A stretch of DNA of 18,452 nt, taken from a bacterium (lineage in GTDB: Bacteria > SAR324 > NAC60-12). The DNA is taken from NCBI GenBank assembly GCA_965233585.1, contig CBDDTI010000666.1, positions 1 through 18,452 on the forward strand. The letters are read 5' to 3'. The position numbers were made by a program, and so were the translations under genes. Of the stretch, positions 9,009 through 18,452 are shown piece by piece. The first letter of the stretch is position 1. Each line of letters opens with the position of its first letter. The notes beneath the pieces were generated by a model. The model made no database searches and was not told where the DNA came from. It worked only from the letters and a program-made list of their open reading frames with translations.

Positions 9009-10223
9009 CTCCTAGTTGTGGAAGTCAAAGCGTTTCAATGAAATGTGCGTCCTAGGTGGGGGAGAAATTTCTGGAAGTCGGTGCGATGTTGCGTCCAGTT
9101 GGTGTTTAGCATGTGTGTGTTTTTTCCAATTGATGGTTTATCGTGAGTTTTTCATGGATACCATGCAGATAATTGTAGCTATTCCCTTGTGTTTTGGGAG
9201 TTTTAGCTTTGTAATAATGGAATTTGTACATCACTGAATGGTGTCCTGTTGTCCCGAATAATCAGATCACTAGACTTTCTTTCCCGAATTTGATGGCAGC
9301 TTTGGATGCTTGGGAAGTAAAATATTCAAAAAATGGGAAAGAATTGCGCTTGCGCATGAAGTTAGATGAGGCCATTGTTGAATATCAATCGCAAAAGGCT
9401 GCAAAGAAGCAAAAGGATCAGAAGGATGATGCAGTGGCGTCTATTCCCAGTCTTTGTTTGGCAATGAGACATGTTTTATTTCATTGCCTCCGGCAAGCCC
9501 GCCGGCCATAAAGAGGTGGCCCCAAGGGAGTTTGATGTGCATTCTAGGTGGAAGCCCGCGAGAGCGCAGAAGAGAAAAGGAGAAGAAGAAGAAAGGAAGA
9601 CGAAGACAAAGCCATAAAACGGAAGCGGCTCAAACAACCAGGAGTAGAGGAGTAGAGGAGTAGGCGTCAAGTAAGAGCAAAGAGAACAAAGGAATAAGTA
9701 CAATCCAAGAACCGAAACAAGAACAACACCTTCCAACAGGGGCTGCTGTTTGAGACATTTTGAACCTCGTTTGGACCTCGTTTGCACCTCGTCCGGACCT
9801 CGTTCGGAATCGCCCAACATTTGCCCGTACTAACTGTACATTCACTTAGCAACATTCGAATCCCGAAGTCTTCCACTCCTTATCAAATTCCTTCAGGAAA
9901 GCCACCAGAAACATTCCTTCAGATTATTATTCAGACATATTTGAGATTCATGTGTGGAGACGCGTCCTGATGGGGATTTAGAAAATTTGGCATATATTTT
10001 TAAGATTATGGGACATAATTGTGCACACGCGTCCTGATGGGGATTTGGAAAATTTGGCAATAGAAAAGTGCACTGCCAGGGATCTAAAAGTAACACTTCT
10101 ACATAGTGCGTCCCATGCAGTTTTAGACCTGGTTGCATTGACCTGTTTGACTTCCTGAATGCGCGGCGTCCCATGCAGTTTTTACCTTGGTTCCACATAT
10201 GCACTGACTTTCACGTCCCAGTG
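9009..10223. mobile_element. 1215 bp non-autonomous DNA-transposon-like insertion with TA (or GTAC) target duplication
   Basis: Flanks are tggGTAc (9003-9009) and gtGTACctgga (10221-10231). Excision restores the in-frame ELSKW-V-PGTMNMV. Degenerate TIRs are in register: ctcctagttGTGgAAGTCA vs reverse-complement cactgggacGTGaAAGTCA. Subterminal gcgtcc repeats are present. Confidence 0.8.
9763..9808. repeat. 11 bp tandem repeat (ACCTCGTTTGG) x4
   Basis: acctcgtttgg acctcgtttgc acctcgtccgg acctcgttcgg. Confidence 0.85.
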
Positions 10224-10225
10224 TA

Positions 10226-11300
10226 CCTGGAACTATGAATATGGTTACTGAAACCTTCCTCACCCAGATTGTTCTTTGCCAACCAAAGCTCGCGCCGCTG
10301 AGCTGGCAAAAACATCTATAATATGGTTATGTGCCTTTTCGTCGCGATTGTTTGGTATGCCAACAAAATTTTCAATAACAGCCACCCCATCGAAAAGTCA
10401 AACATCCTCTTGGTGGAGTCCTTTCAGTTGATATTGGTGGACCATTTGTCCGAGCCCATGATACTGGAGGCTAGAAAACCGCCTATATCCTTGTGGGAAC
10501 TTTCACGTGGATAGTCCCGAAGGGTTCACCTTTGAAGGAGGATGAAGTGGAGGATCCGGAAGAAGAAGCACCTAATTTTACAAATCGAAGATGAACTAGT
10601 TGAACACGAGCTAGTTTAAGGCGTTTTCGATGATCCTGAAGATGAAAATGAAAAATCTGAAGTTCAAAAGGTCCCAGAAGGCGAAATTGAAAGGAAAGAA
10701 GAAAAATCATTAAAGGAAAGGAAAGAAGGTGAGGAAGAAGAAAAGCCTGCAGAATTTGAGACTGGGGTTTTTCGACATGCCTCTTAGATGTGCTCTAAAA
10801 AGGCCAAGGAAGTGATAAGGGTGATCATGGATATGCTTCTTCGATTACGAGCGGATGGATTTCTTATAGGCCTTATATACAGTGACCAAGGGCATGAATT
10901 CCAAGGCCAGTTTAAAGTCTGGGGTCGTGAATGTGGAATTCACCTCACTAGAACCCCTGGTGATGACCCTCGATCGAATGTTCGTGCTGAATGTGCCGTG
11001 AAAACAATCAAATTATATTATACAGATCCGAGTTCTTTTGCAAGCTGAAACTCCTGGATCTTGGCGGCCCTGGGCAACAAGGTTTGTTAAGGGGTTCAAC
11101 CGCGCGGTTCGAATTGGAAAAAGGCCCGACTGGCCACCATTCCTCTCTACTACCATGGTCCGAAAACGGAAGCGGAATGGTGCCGTGGTGTTTTTGAAAT
11201 TTTTACGGAGGATGTTAAGTACCTTTGCCCGTCACCTGAAGACCATGGTCATTGGATCCTACCTGAAGATGAATGTCCTCGTATCACTAACCTCATCATG
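10226..11300 (+). pseudogene. Integrase remnant (HHCC finger + DDE core)
   Basis: WQKHL*YGYVPFRRDCLVCQ (10304-10363, second His decayed to Tyr), GVLSVDIGGPF (first D at 10430), IYSDQGHEF (second D at 10884), and TPGDDPRSNVRAE (E at 10989), giving D-x34-E. Confidence 0.9.
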
Positions 11301-11569
11301 AAATCTGCACAATTTCCAGGTGCTGAGGAAGGTTGGATTGCCTTGGAAAGAGAAGCAGCTGATGCAGTCATGGTGAGGCGAAGATTGCGCGGAAAGTCTA
11401 CGATCCGAAAGATGGAGGAGAAAGATCAGGTTGAGGATGAAGAGGAGGAAGAAAAGAAAAGAAGAATAAAGATTTTGAGAGTGATTGAAAAAGAGATGAG
11501 AAGAATGGTGGAGAATGATGTGGGGTTGGCCCTGGAAGAAGTGCGCGGTCATGCCAAACGAGGAGGAGG

Positions 11570-12520
11570 AAGTTTTGCAGACTAAAATCCTATCTTCCCG
11601 AGAAATAGCTGAAAATTGGGAGGAATGCCTTCCTGCCGCAACGAAGTTGAGTTCCTGCTGAACAAGAAAGAAGCTTTTCGTGAAATGTTCCCAGAAGAAT
11701 TTCGAAAATTTAAAGAAGATGCAGAAAAGAAAGGAAAGGAGATCGAATATATACCGTCCAAGCTAGTATTCACCAGAAAATCTTGCCTTGATGGAGGCAA
11801 AAAGAAAATACGGTGGGTTGCACGTGAAAATTTAGAACCCCGCCGTGAAGAAGACGATAATTTCAGTAGTGGAGCTGATGCTTCAGCTCTCTATATCTTG
11901 GTCTGGATAGCTGCCCGTGGCCAATGGTTCGCAATAACTCTTGATGGGAAAATAGCCTTTCTTAATGCCAAAATGGTCCAGTTAGAGGACGAAGATTTGC
12001 TGTTGGTGAAGCTTCCATACCTCATCATTGAAAAGAAATTTCTGCGAAAAGACGTCCTTTACAAGCCTGAGAAAGTCATCTACGGCTTCCGTCGATCTCC
12101 AAAATTTGGGGGTTTTGATTAGAGATGAAACTATCAATGGCTTTAACATTGAGGGGGAACATGAAGGGAGATCCATGAATTTTGTCCTCGAGCTTTTTTA
12201 ATCTGAACCAAATCTATGGAGTTTTCAAGATGCTGATGATGAAGATGACCTGACGGTCCCTGGGCTCTTGATAATTTATGTGGACGCATTCTTGGTTGCA
12301 GTGCCAAAACCTCTCGTGTTGGCCGTCCAGAACCAAATTCAATCAATTTGAATTTCAACAATTCCTGAACCAGTATCCAGTACTCTGGTACATTTCCTTG
12401 GGATGGAAATCTCCAAACTCTGCGACGCAGAGACCAAAAGAGATGTATGGATGCTGATATAACAAAGCTATACGCTTGACTTGGTCCAGAAGGAAAACGA
12501 AAATGCAAAGTTAAAGAAGG
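11570..12520 (+). pseudogene. Reverse transcriptase remnant, Copia/RVT_2 type, truncated at the 3' end
   Basis: IPSKLVFTRK, KKIRWVAREN, LDGKIAFLNA, KVIYGFRRSPK, SEPNLW (~12202), GLLIIYVDAFLV (YVDD>YVDA at 12277-12288), FLGMEI (~12395) and QSYTLDL. Confidence 0.92.
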
Positions 12521-12540
12521 ACGACCGGTTGGTTAACAAA

Positions 12541-13423
12541 AAGTTGAAAAAAAATGCGCAAATAACGCATGTGTTGTAGCTTATTACTTTAATTGTAATT
12601 CTTTCTCTTTCAAAAGCGGAAAAAGGAGAAATAATTGATGCGGATACATCATTTTCTTTTCAGATTATCGTGATTTATACCCTATTGGTTATCTTTCTTA
12701 TTCTGGTGGCACAGCATTTATTGGATGTTGCAATACGGGGAGCCGAATTTGTCATACGACAGTATGTTTTTCGGGCTCATCCTGGAAATTACGCCGAAGA
12801 TGCTGTGGAGGAAAATGAGCCATCTCGACGAGATTGACTTGAATTTTCGATGGAAGAAAATCCCACTGCCACGTGAGGTGAAGATTCAGAACATGTCAAT
12901 TCGTAATTAATTCAATATGATGCACCGAGATCAAATCGGAATATTCCGCAACCAGATCCAGAACCAGAAAAACCAACAAGTTCACAATCTACTGACCTCA
13001 CAAATGTATTGGCTGCTTTGCGAGTATATGATACATCGATGCCAGATTATGAAGCCGGATGGAAAGAAATCGACCAGGAAGAGGACTTGGTGCGAGAGGA
13101 GCTCACTTTAAGCTCTTCCAGGCAATCCTCGTCTGGGACCTCTTTAATATCAAACTCTGCAATGCAGAGCTCCTACACCTGCATTACCAGAACTTCCACT
13201 TAAGGTGATCATTACGCGCTATGGAACGGTATATTATACGCGATATAACTGCCATTTTCTGATTGCGCCAACAACTGGACCAACAACGTGTTATGGATGG
13301 TACTATCAGTGCCATGATGAATTAGCACAGGCTGGAAGAATTCCTGGGCCTGGCACTATAATATTTTTGGCGGATCTACATTTATATGCCCATATCGATG
13401 TGGCTTGCAGCAGTGCTGATTGA
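12541..13423 (+). pseudogene. C-terminal extension of the polyprotein: hydrophobic segments, acidic linker, putative Cys/His finger
   Basis: VL*LITLIVILSLSKA, then FQIIVIYTLLVIFLILVAQHLL (12658-12723), an acidic/Pro-rich stretch, and VIITRYGTVYYTRYNCHFL...C...CH...H...C (13205-13423). Confidence 0.5.
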
Positions 13424-13517
13424 GCCCGTAATTTTTCAATTTATACATCATGCTTAGATGGTACATAGGGTAGCTTGAGCTGGAATTATAAAGATTGAAG
13501 CTCCTTTCGAAAGCTTT

Positions 13518-13527
13518 AAAGGGGGAA
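13518..13527 (+). promoter_or_regulatory. Polypurine tract (plus-strand primer site)
   Basis: aaagggggaa lies immediately before the TG (13528) where homology to the 5' LTR begins. Confidence 0.75.
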
Positions 13528-13745
13528 TGCAAGTATCCAGATATATTGCTGGTACATAGCATGTATTGAAACCCTGCTTTCCAATTTAGATGGAGTAAGA
13601 TTCTCAATCTGCTGCGATTCTGTAATTATTTTTTTTGTTTCAAGACTCAACCTGGCTGTGACTCCAGCCATACGCGCGGCCAAAAGCGAAGCTGCCCTGC
13701 GTTGATTCTTGGAGGTGCAGAACTTGAAGATAAAGATCGGTGGGT
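13528..13745 (+). repeat. 3' LTR
   Basis: Starts with TG after the PPT and is homologous to 5464-5648. No clear terminal CA, so the right boundary is approximate. Confidence 0.85.
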
Positions 13746-13959
13746 GGTAGACGTAACCTAGGGCTAACCTTTTTTATTACCATTATTCGAAAATTATACC
13801 AAAAGAATAATAATATTAATATAATAATAAACATTAAAAATTCATTTTAAAATTAATTCGCGATGAATAATAAAAAAAAATAATAATAAATCGATATTCC
13901 GAAACCCGAAGAGAAAAATAAAATTATAATAAAAAAGTACCATTATGAACCCCTCCTAT

Positions 13960-14140
13960 ATTACTACCGCTACCAAGAATAACAACGCTGACGACATTAA
14001 CAACTAACAACAAAAATATCAATAATAACAATAACAATAATAAAAGAAAACAACACATACAAAAACAACGGCAAAAACTATATTCAAAACAACCGCAACA
14101 ACAAACAACAAATAAAAAAGCAATAACACCACCACTACCA
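13960..14140. repeat. Degenerate (AAC/AAT)n microsatellite
   Basis: aacaactaacaacaaaa, aataacaataacaataat and aacaacggcaaaaac. Confidence 0.7.
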
Positions 14141-14684
14141 TTATTTTTCCGATTGACAACACCAAGGATGACGGCATTGATTTGATTTCGGATTCAAAAA
14201 ATCTTTGAAAAAATGATGTTAATTTTTCATATTTAACATAAATATTGAAGTTTTAATGAGATTTTAATTTAGTAGTTTTTTATTTTTTATTTAATAAGTA
14301 AGTTATGAAACATAGATAAATTTTGATATCTTTAATAATTTTGCTTTATGTTTTTTAGATAAATTGCATGTTGCAAATCTAGGGAGATTTTAGTATTGAA
14401 ATTCAATCTTTGTAAATAAGATTTGGAAGATCCGGATTTGAGCTTTCTATTTAGATTAGGTAGATTTTAGCATTAAATTTCAAGGCTTCTGAACAGGATT
14501 TGGCCAATCAGGAATTATATTTTTTCCGCTTATTAATATTCAATTCAAATTTAATATATGTTCTATTTATTAAAGGGTTTAGGCTTTTAGGGTTCGACAA
14601 CGCAGGTTGTTTTCTTGGGCAAAACCCTGGATTAACAGTACTTCTTATATATGTTTTTTCCATACCGGGCCTTTCCCCTTAGGG

Positions 14685-15745
14685 CACAAGGTTTGCAAAG
14701 ACGCAAAAGTTGCGCCCTAAGCGAAAGCCCTAGAAAACCAGCGTTTTTGACTATTTTTGCCCTTGCGCCTTGAGCGGAAGCCTTAAAAAACAAGCGTTTT
14801 TGGCTATTTTTGCCCCTGCGCCTTAAATGAATTGGGCCAAAACCGGCATATTTTGCTTCTTTTCTTTCCTTCTGCGTGTATTTCCCTGCAAGAACACAAT
14901 GAATTTGCTATTGTTCGTCCTTTGCATGCATTTTCTTCAGAAAACACTATATTGTTATTATTTTTCTTGCTTTGTATGCATTTTTCCTGCAAAACAGAGT
15001 ATGGTTTTGCATCCTTTTGTAAGCGAAAAGAAAATATATTTGCTATTTTCCGCGCTTTATTTCTTTTTAAATCTAAAAATTCAATATTGATCTTACTTCT
15101 TCTCCCTTTTGCATGCATTTTCTTGCAAAAACACAGTGTGTTTGCTATTTTTCTGACTTTGTATGTATTTTTCATGCAAAAATAGACTCGCTGTGCTATT
15201 TTTCTTTCCTTGGCCATGCACCCTGACACCAACACACAGTTTGTTTGCCGCTTCTTCTTCTTCCTTTCGCATGCATTTCTCCGCAAAAACCTGAATTTTT
15301 GGCGGGGTTGTTTTCTTTGCGCAGGGTAGAGAAACACTGTGTTTACGCTGGGTTTGGGAGCCCCCACATGACCATGTTACTTACATTTTCGACCTGTTGA
15401 TCCCTGCGATTTGCGATGCACGTGCGCGTAAAGGTGTGCGTATGTAAAACGCAGGATGCATTTTGTAAGAACATATGAGCCACCGCAAAATCCCCGGCAA
15501 TACTAAATATGTATTGGACGGACATTGGTTGATGGAAATCGATGGAAATTGTTAAAAACACATTTTTCTTTTCTGCAAATGTTTCCTGCAAAAGCACGTT
15601 ATTTTTTTTGTTTCTTACAGCTCCAATCAGCATTTTCTTTTCAAATTCCTAAATTGTCTTGCTTTTGCCTTTTATTTTGCTGCTTATGCATGTATTTTTG
15701 CTGTAAAAGCCGATATTTTTGCTATCTTTTGCTGTTTTTTCGGAA
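14685..15745. repeat. Degenerate T-rich tandem repeat, ~50-55 bp period
   Basis: agcgtttttg.ctatttttgccc.tgcgcctt occurs twice 53 bp apart (~14740, ~14793). Many copies of (g)catgcattt..ctgcaaaa(a)cac...tttgctatttt lie at 14850-15340 and 15560-15745. Confidence 0.75.
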
Positions 15746-16980
15746 TTTCTCCCACAACCAAGCACGCGTCCTTCAAATACGCGCGGCTTTTGGTACCTTC
15801 TTTGTCTTGCCGCTTTTTGCACATTCTGCCAAAGCCGGCATTCGCCAAAGCCTAAAACCGCCAAACCCAAACGAAACCAAATCATAAAAGCCAGCAAACC
15901 CCTAAACACGCACGACGCGATCCTAAAGCCGCCAAAAAGCCAAAAAGCTCCAAGCTTGAAAATCGCAAAACTCGAGAAACGCATAGTCATGCAAGGCCGG
16001 CAAGCGGCGCCAAAAAAAAAAGCACCAAACCCCACAAATCACTGTGACGCGGCTTACCCGTTGAGATCTGCCGGCGCTGTATAGGCAGGCTACCTGGATT
16101 GAGCTCCTTGCGCAAACCGCGGAAGCACCTCAGCCATGCATTGAGGATCTAACGGCTTAACTGCCACAAGCACCTAAAACCACCAAATCCAAATCGATCG
16201 CAAATCGATCGTAAACCAAACGTAAAATATACACTAAAGAATGTAATAGCATGTGTGCATTTTGATGTCGTTTTCAGTGGGCAATCTCCTTTGATTGGTA
16301 TTACTTTTGGTTTCTCTGGAAAATTCAAACTCTTGCAGAACAATTATTTAGTTCAAGTGTTCTTTGCCTGGCGGTTTCGTTTTTTTTGGCAAGGCCAGGG
16401 TTTCAAGTGTCAAGTGTGGATTTTGCCTTGATACCATTTTGATGTATTTTTATGATTGGCTTGATTGATATCAATTTGATGGAGGTTTGAACTTAGGATA
16501 TCGCAGCTCCAAAACCCATAAAAAATATCCAAACCACCAACAGAAACGAACCCTAAGTGTGTATCTTGAATTCTTTGATCGTCAAACCATATGAACTGGC
16601 AAGCGTCGTTTTCTGCAAGCCTCATGCTCTGATCGATGTCGTATTGATGGCGTTTTGTGGCCTTAATATTCTTTTCTAGGCCGATGTCAAATCGATCGTA
16701 AAACCCTCGCAAAATGATCGCAAAACATCGCCGAAACCTGAGCCTGCCTCTGCAGCCACGTCAGGCGGAAGAACGTAAAAACGAGGAAGTCCCACCCATT
16801 TGTGCTAATCTCTATCTAATTATATAATCCAATTAAGTCGATCTATCTATTAAAAAAAATATCTCTATGAATCTATTGCCCACTGAAAGCGACATCAAAA
16901 TGCACACATGCTATTACACTTTTTGGATCGATTTGCAAGCGATTTGACATCCATTTGCATCACTACCTTTTGAACATTTT

Positions 16981-17378
16981 TGATGCAGTTTTGATGGAGG
17001 TTCCATGGAGGATACATGGAGGTTTGATGTAGGTTTTATGGAGATTTTGAAGGCCCCTGTATCTACACTCGCTGGTTCTCTCATGCAGTCTGACTGGTGC
17101 AGGTTTGATGGAGGTTCCATGGATGATACATGGAGGTTTGATGTAGGTTTCATGGGGGTTTTGAAGGCCCCTGTATCTACACTTGCTGGTTCTCTCATGT
17201 AGTGTAATTGATGGAGTTTTGACGGAGGATACATGGAGGATTGATGTGGGTTTCATTGAGGTTTTGAAGGCCCCTGTATCTACACTTGCTGGTTCTCTCA
17301 TGCAGTCTAACTGATGGAATTTTGATGGAGGTTCCATGGAGGATACATGGAGGTTTGATGTAGGTTTCATGGATGTTT
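16981..17378. repeat. Tandem repeat, ~114 bp unit, ~3.5 copies
   Basis: aggcccctgtatctacact at 17051, 17165 and 17268 (periods 114 and 103), with gatggaggttccatgga.gatacatggaggtttgatgtaggttt repeated. Confidence 0.92.
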
Positions 17379-17394
17379 CAGATTTAGAGATAAT

Positions 17395-17745
17395 TATATA
17401 GATAGACAGACAGACAGATAGATAGATAGACAGACAGATAGATAGATAGATAGATGGATAGAATAGATAAGATAAGATTAGATTAGGTTAGATAGATAGA
17501 TAGATAGATGGATCGATAGATCGATAGATAGAAAGAAAGAACAAAGAAAGAAAGAAACAAAGAAACAAAGAAAGAAAAGAAAGAAGGATAGATTGATAGA
17601 TTGATAGGTAGATGAATATAGATGAATATAGATGACAATAGATGAAAATAGATGAAAATAGAAAATAGATGAACATAGATGAACATAGGTGAAAACAAAT
17701 GAAAAATATTAAAATAGATGAAATAATCAGAAAAAATAGAAATAA
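17395..17745. repeat. Compound microsatellite (GATA/GACA)n, (GAAA)n, (AGATGAAAAT)n
   Basis: Directly visible successive simple-repeat blocks. Confidence 0.92.
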
Positions 17746-17929
17746 GATCCAACAAATTAAAATAAATAGATATTTAATATTACAAAACAGAACGCAAACA
17801 ATAATTCATATTTTATAGTGTATATTGCATAAAACTCTGATTTCCCAGACTTCCAAACCACCAACCCAAACCACCATATAAGCGTAACCTGATAAAAATA
17901 TCTAGAAAAAAATAAGATTATTAATATTA

Positions 17930-18452
17930 AAAACCCAATATGAAAATATTAACATAAATATATTTTGTTATTTTATGTTCTTTTTTTAATTATTATTATT
18001 TTTTATTATTATTTATTATTCAAATAATTAATATTAAGAATAAAAATGATAATAATATTTTATATTAATAAGAAAATTTAAAATAATGATAATTTATTAT
18101 TAATATTTATTGTTATATTATTTTTTTATATATTTTTTTGTTCTTGAATTAGTATGTATATTGATTTTAAGATTCAATATCCGTCGGGAATTCGAAAAAT
18201 GAATTTAAATTTGTGTATTTTGAAAAGTTATATATATATATATTGGAAATTATATTTTTGTGGATATATAATATGAGCTTTAAACATTTTAATTCTAAAT
18301 ATAATTATTGTAAAGAATTATATAAGAAATTTGATGTTTTTTAATTTAATTTAATATAAGATATTATAATTATTTGATATTTTAAGTTGAATATTTTATA
18401 TATTTGTTCTTATTTTGTTAATTGTTCTTTAAATTAAAAATAAATTAAAGAT
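17930..18452. other. Extremely AT-rich low-complexity tract
   Basis: Only ~14 C in ~510 bp by hand count, and no ORFs. Confidence 0.85.

Larger units (their letters stand above)
5464..13745 (+). mobile_element. Decayed Ty1/Copia LTR retrotransposon carrying a C5-methyltransferase-like domain
   Basis: Direct terminal repeats, a PPT before the 3' LTR, and domain order gag-PR-(MTase)-IN-RT with integrase before RT (the Copia order). RVT_2-type motifs are present, with many stops and frameshifts. Confidence 0.9.

Noticed and set aside
14570..14595. Telomere-like TTTAGGG heptamers
   Set aside because: Only one perfect copy with two degenerate neighbours, not an array.
14804..16084. ORFs of 87-187 aa on both strands
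   Set aside because: Lys- or Phe-rich compositions derive from the T-rich degenerate repeat, with no recognisable motifs.
16914..17755. Minus-strand repetitive ORFs (MREPASVDTGAFK; IYLSIY)
   Set aside because: They are translations of the 114 bp tandem repeat and the GATA microsatellite.

Overview
Eukaryotic, repeat-dominated window with no intact gene. The repeat styles and retroelement type suggest a dinoflagellate (Symbiodiniaceae-like) genome, which is an inference. The centre (~5464-13745, + strand) is a decayed Ty1/Copia LTR retrotransposon with two diverged LTRs and a polypurine tract. Its polyprotein order is gag (CCCH finger + CCHC knuckle), aspartic protease, a C5 cytosine-methyltransferase-like domain, integrase, RVT_2-type RT, no recognisable RNase H, then a C-terminal hydrophobic/Zn-finger-like tail. 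A 1.2 kb TA-flanked element (9009-10223) splits the polyprotein at the methyltransferase/integrase junction, and removing it restores the frame. The left 3.8 kb is a satellite-filled element (~412-2764) nested in another tandem-repeat element. The right 4.7 kb is degenerate tandem repeats and microsatellites. Three very AT-rich patches (~5040-5560, ~13770-14570, ~17700-18452) look like G/C-eroded repeat DNA, and two of them retain excess CpG. Nearly all ORFs in the supplied track are artefacts of repeats or fragments of the retroelement. All counts were done by hand.
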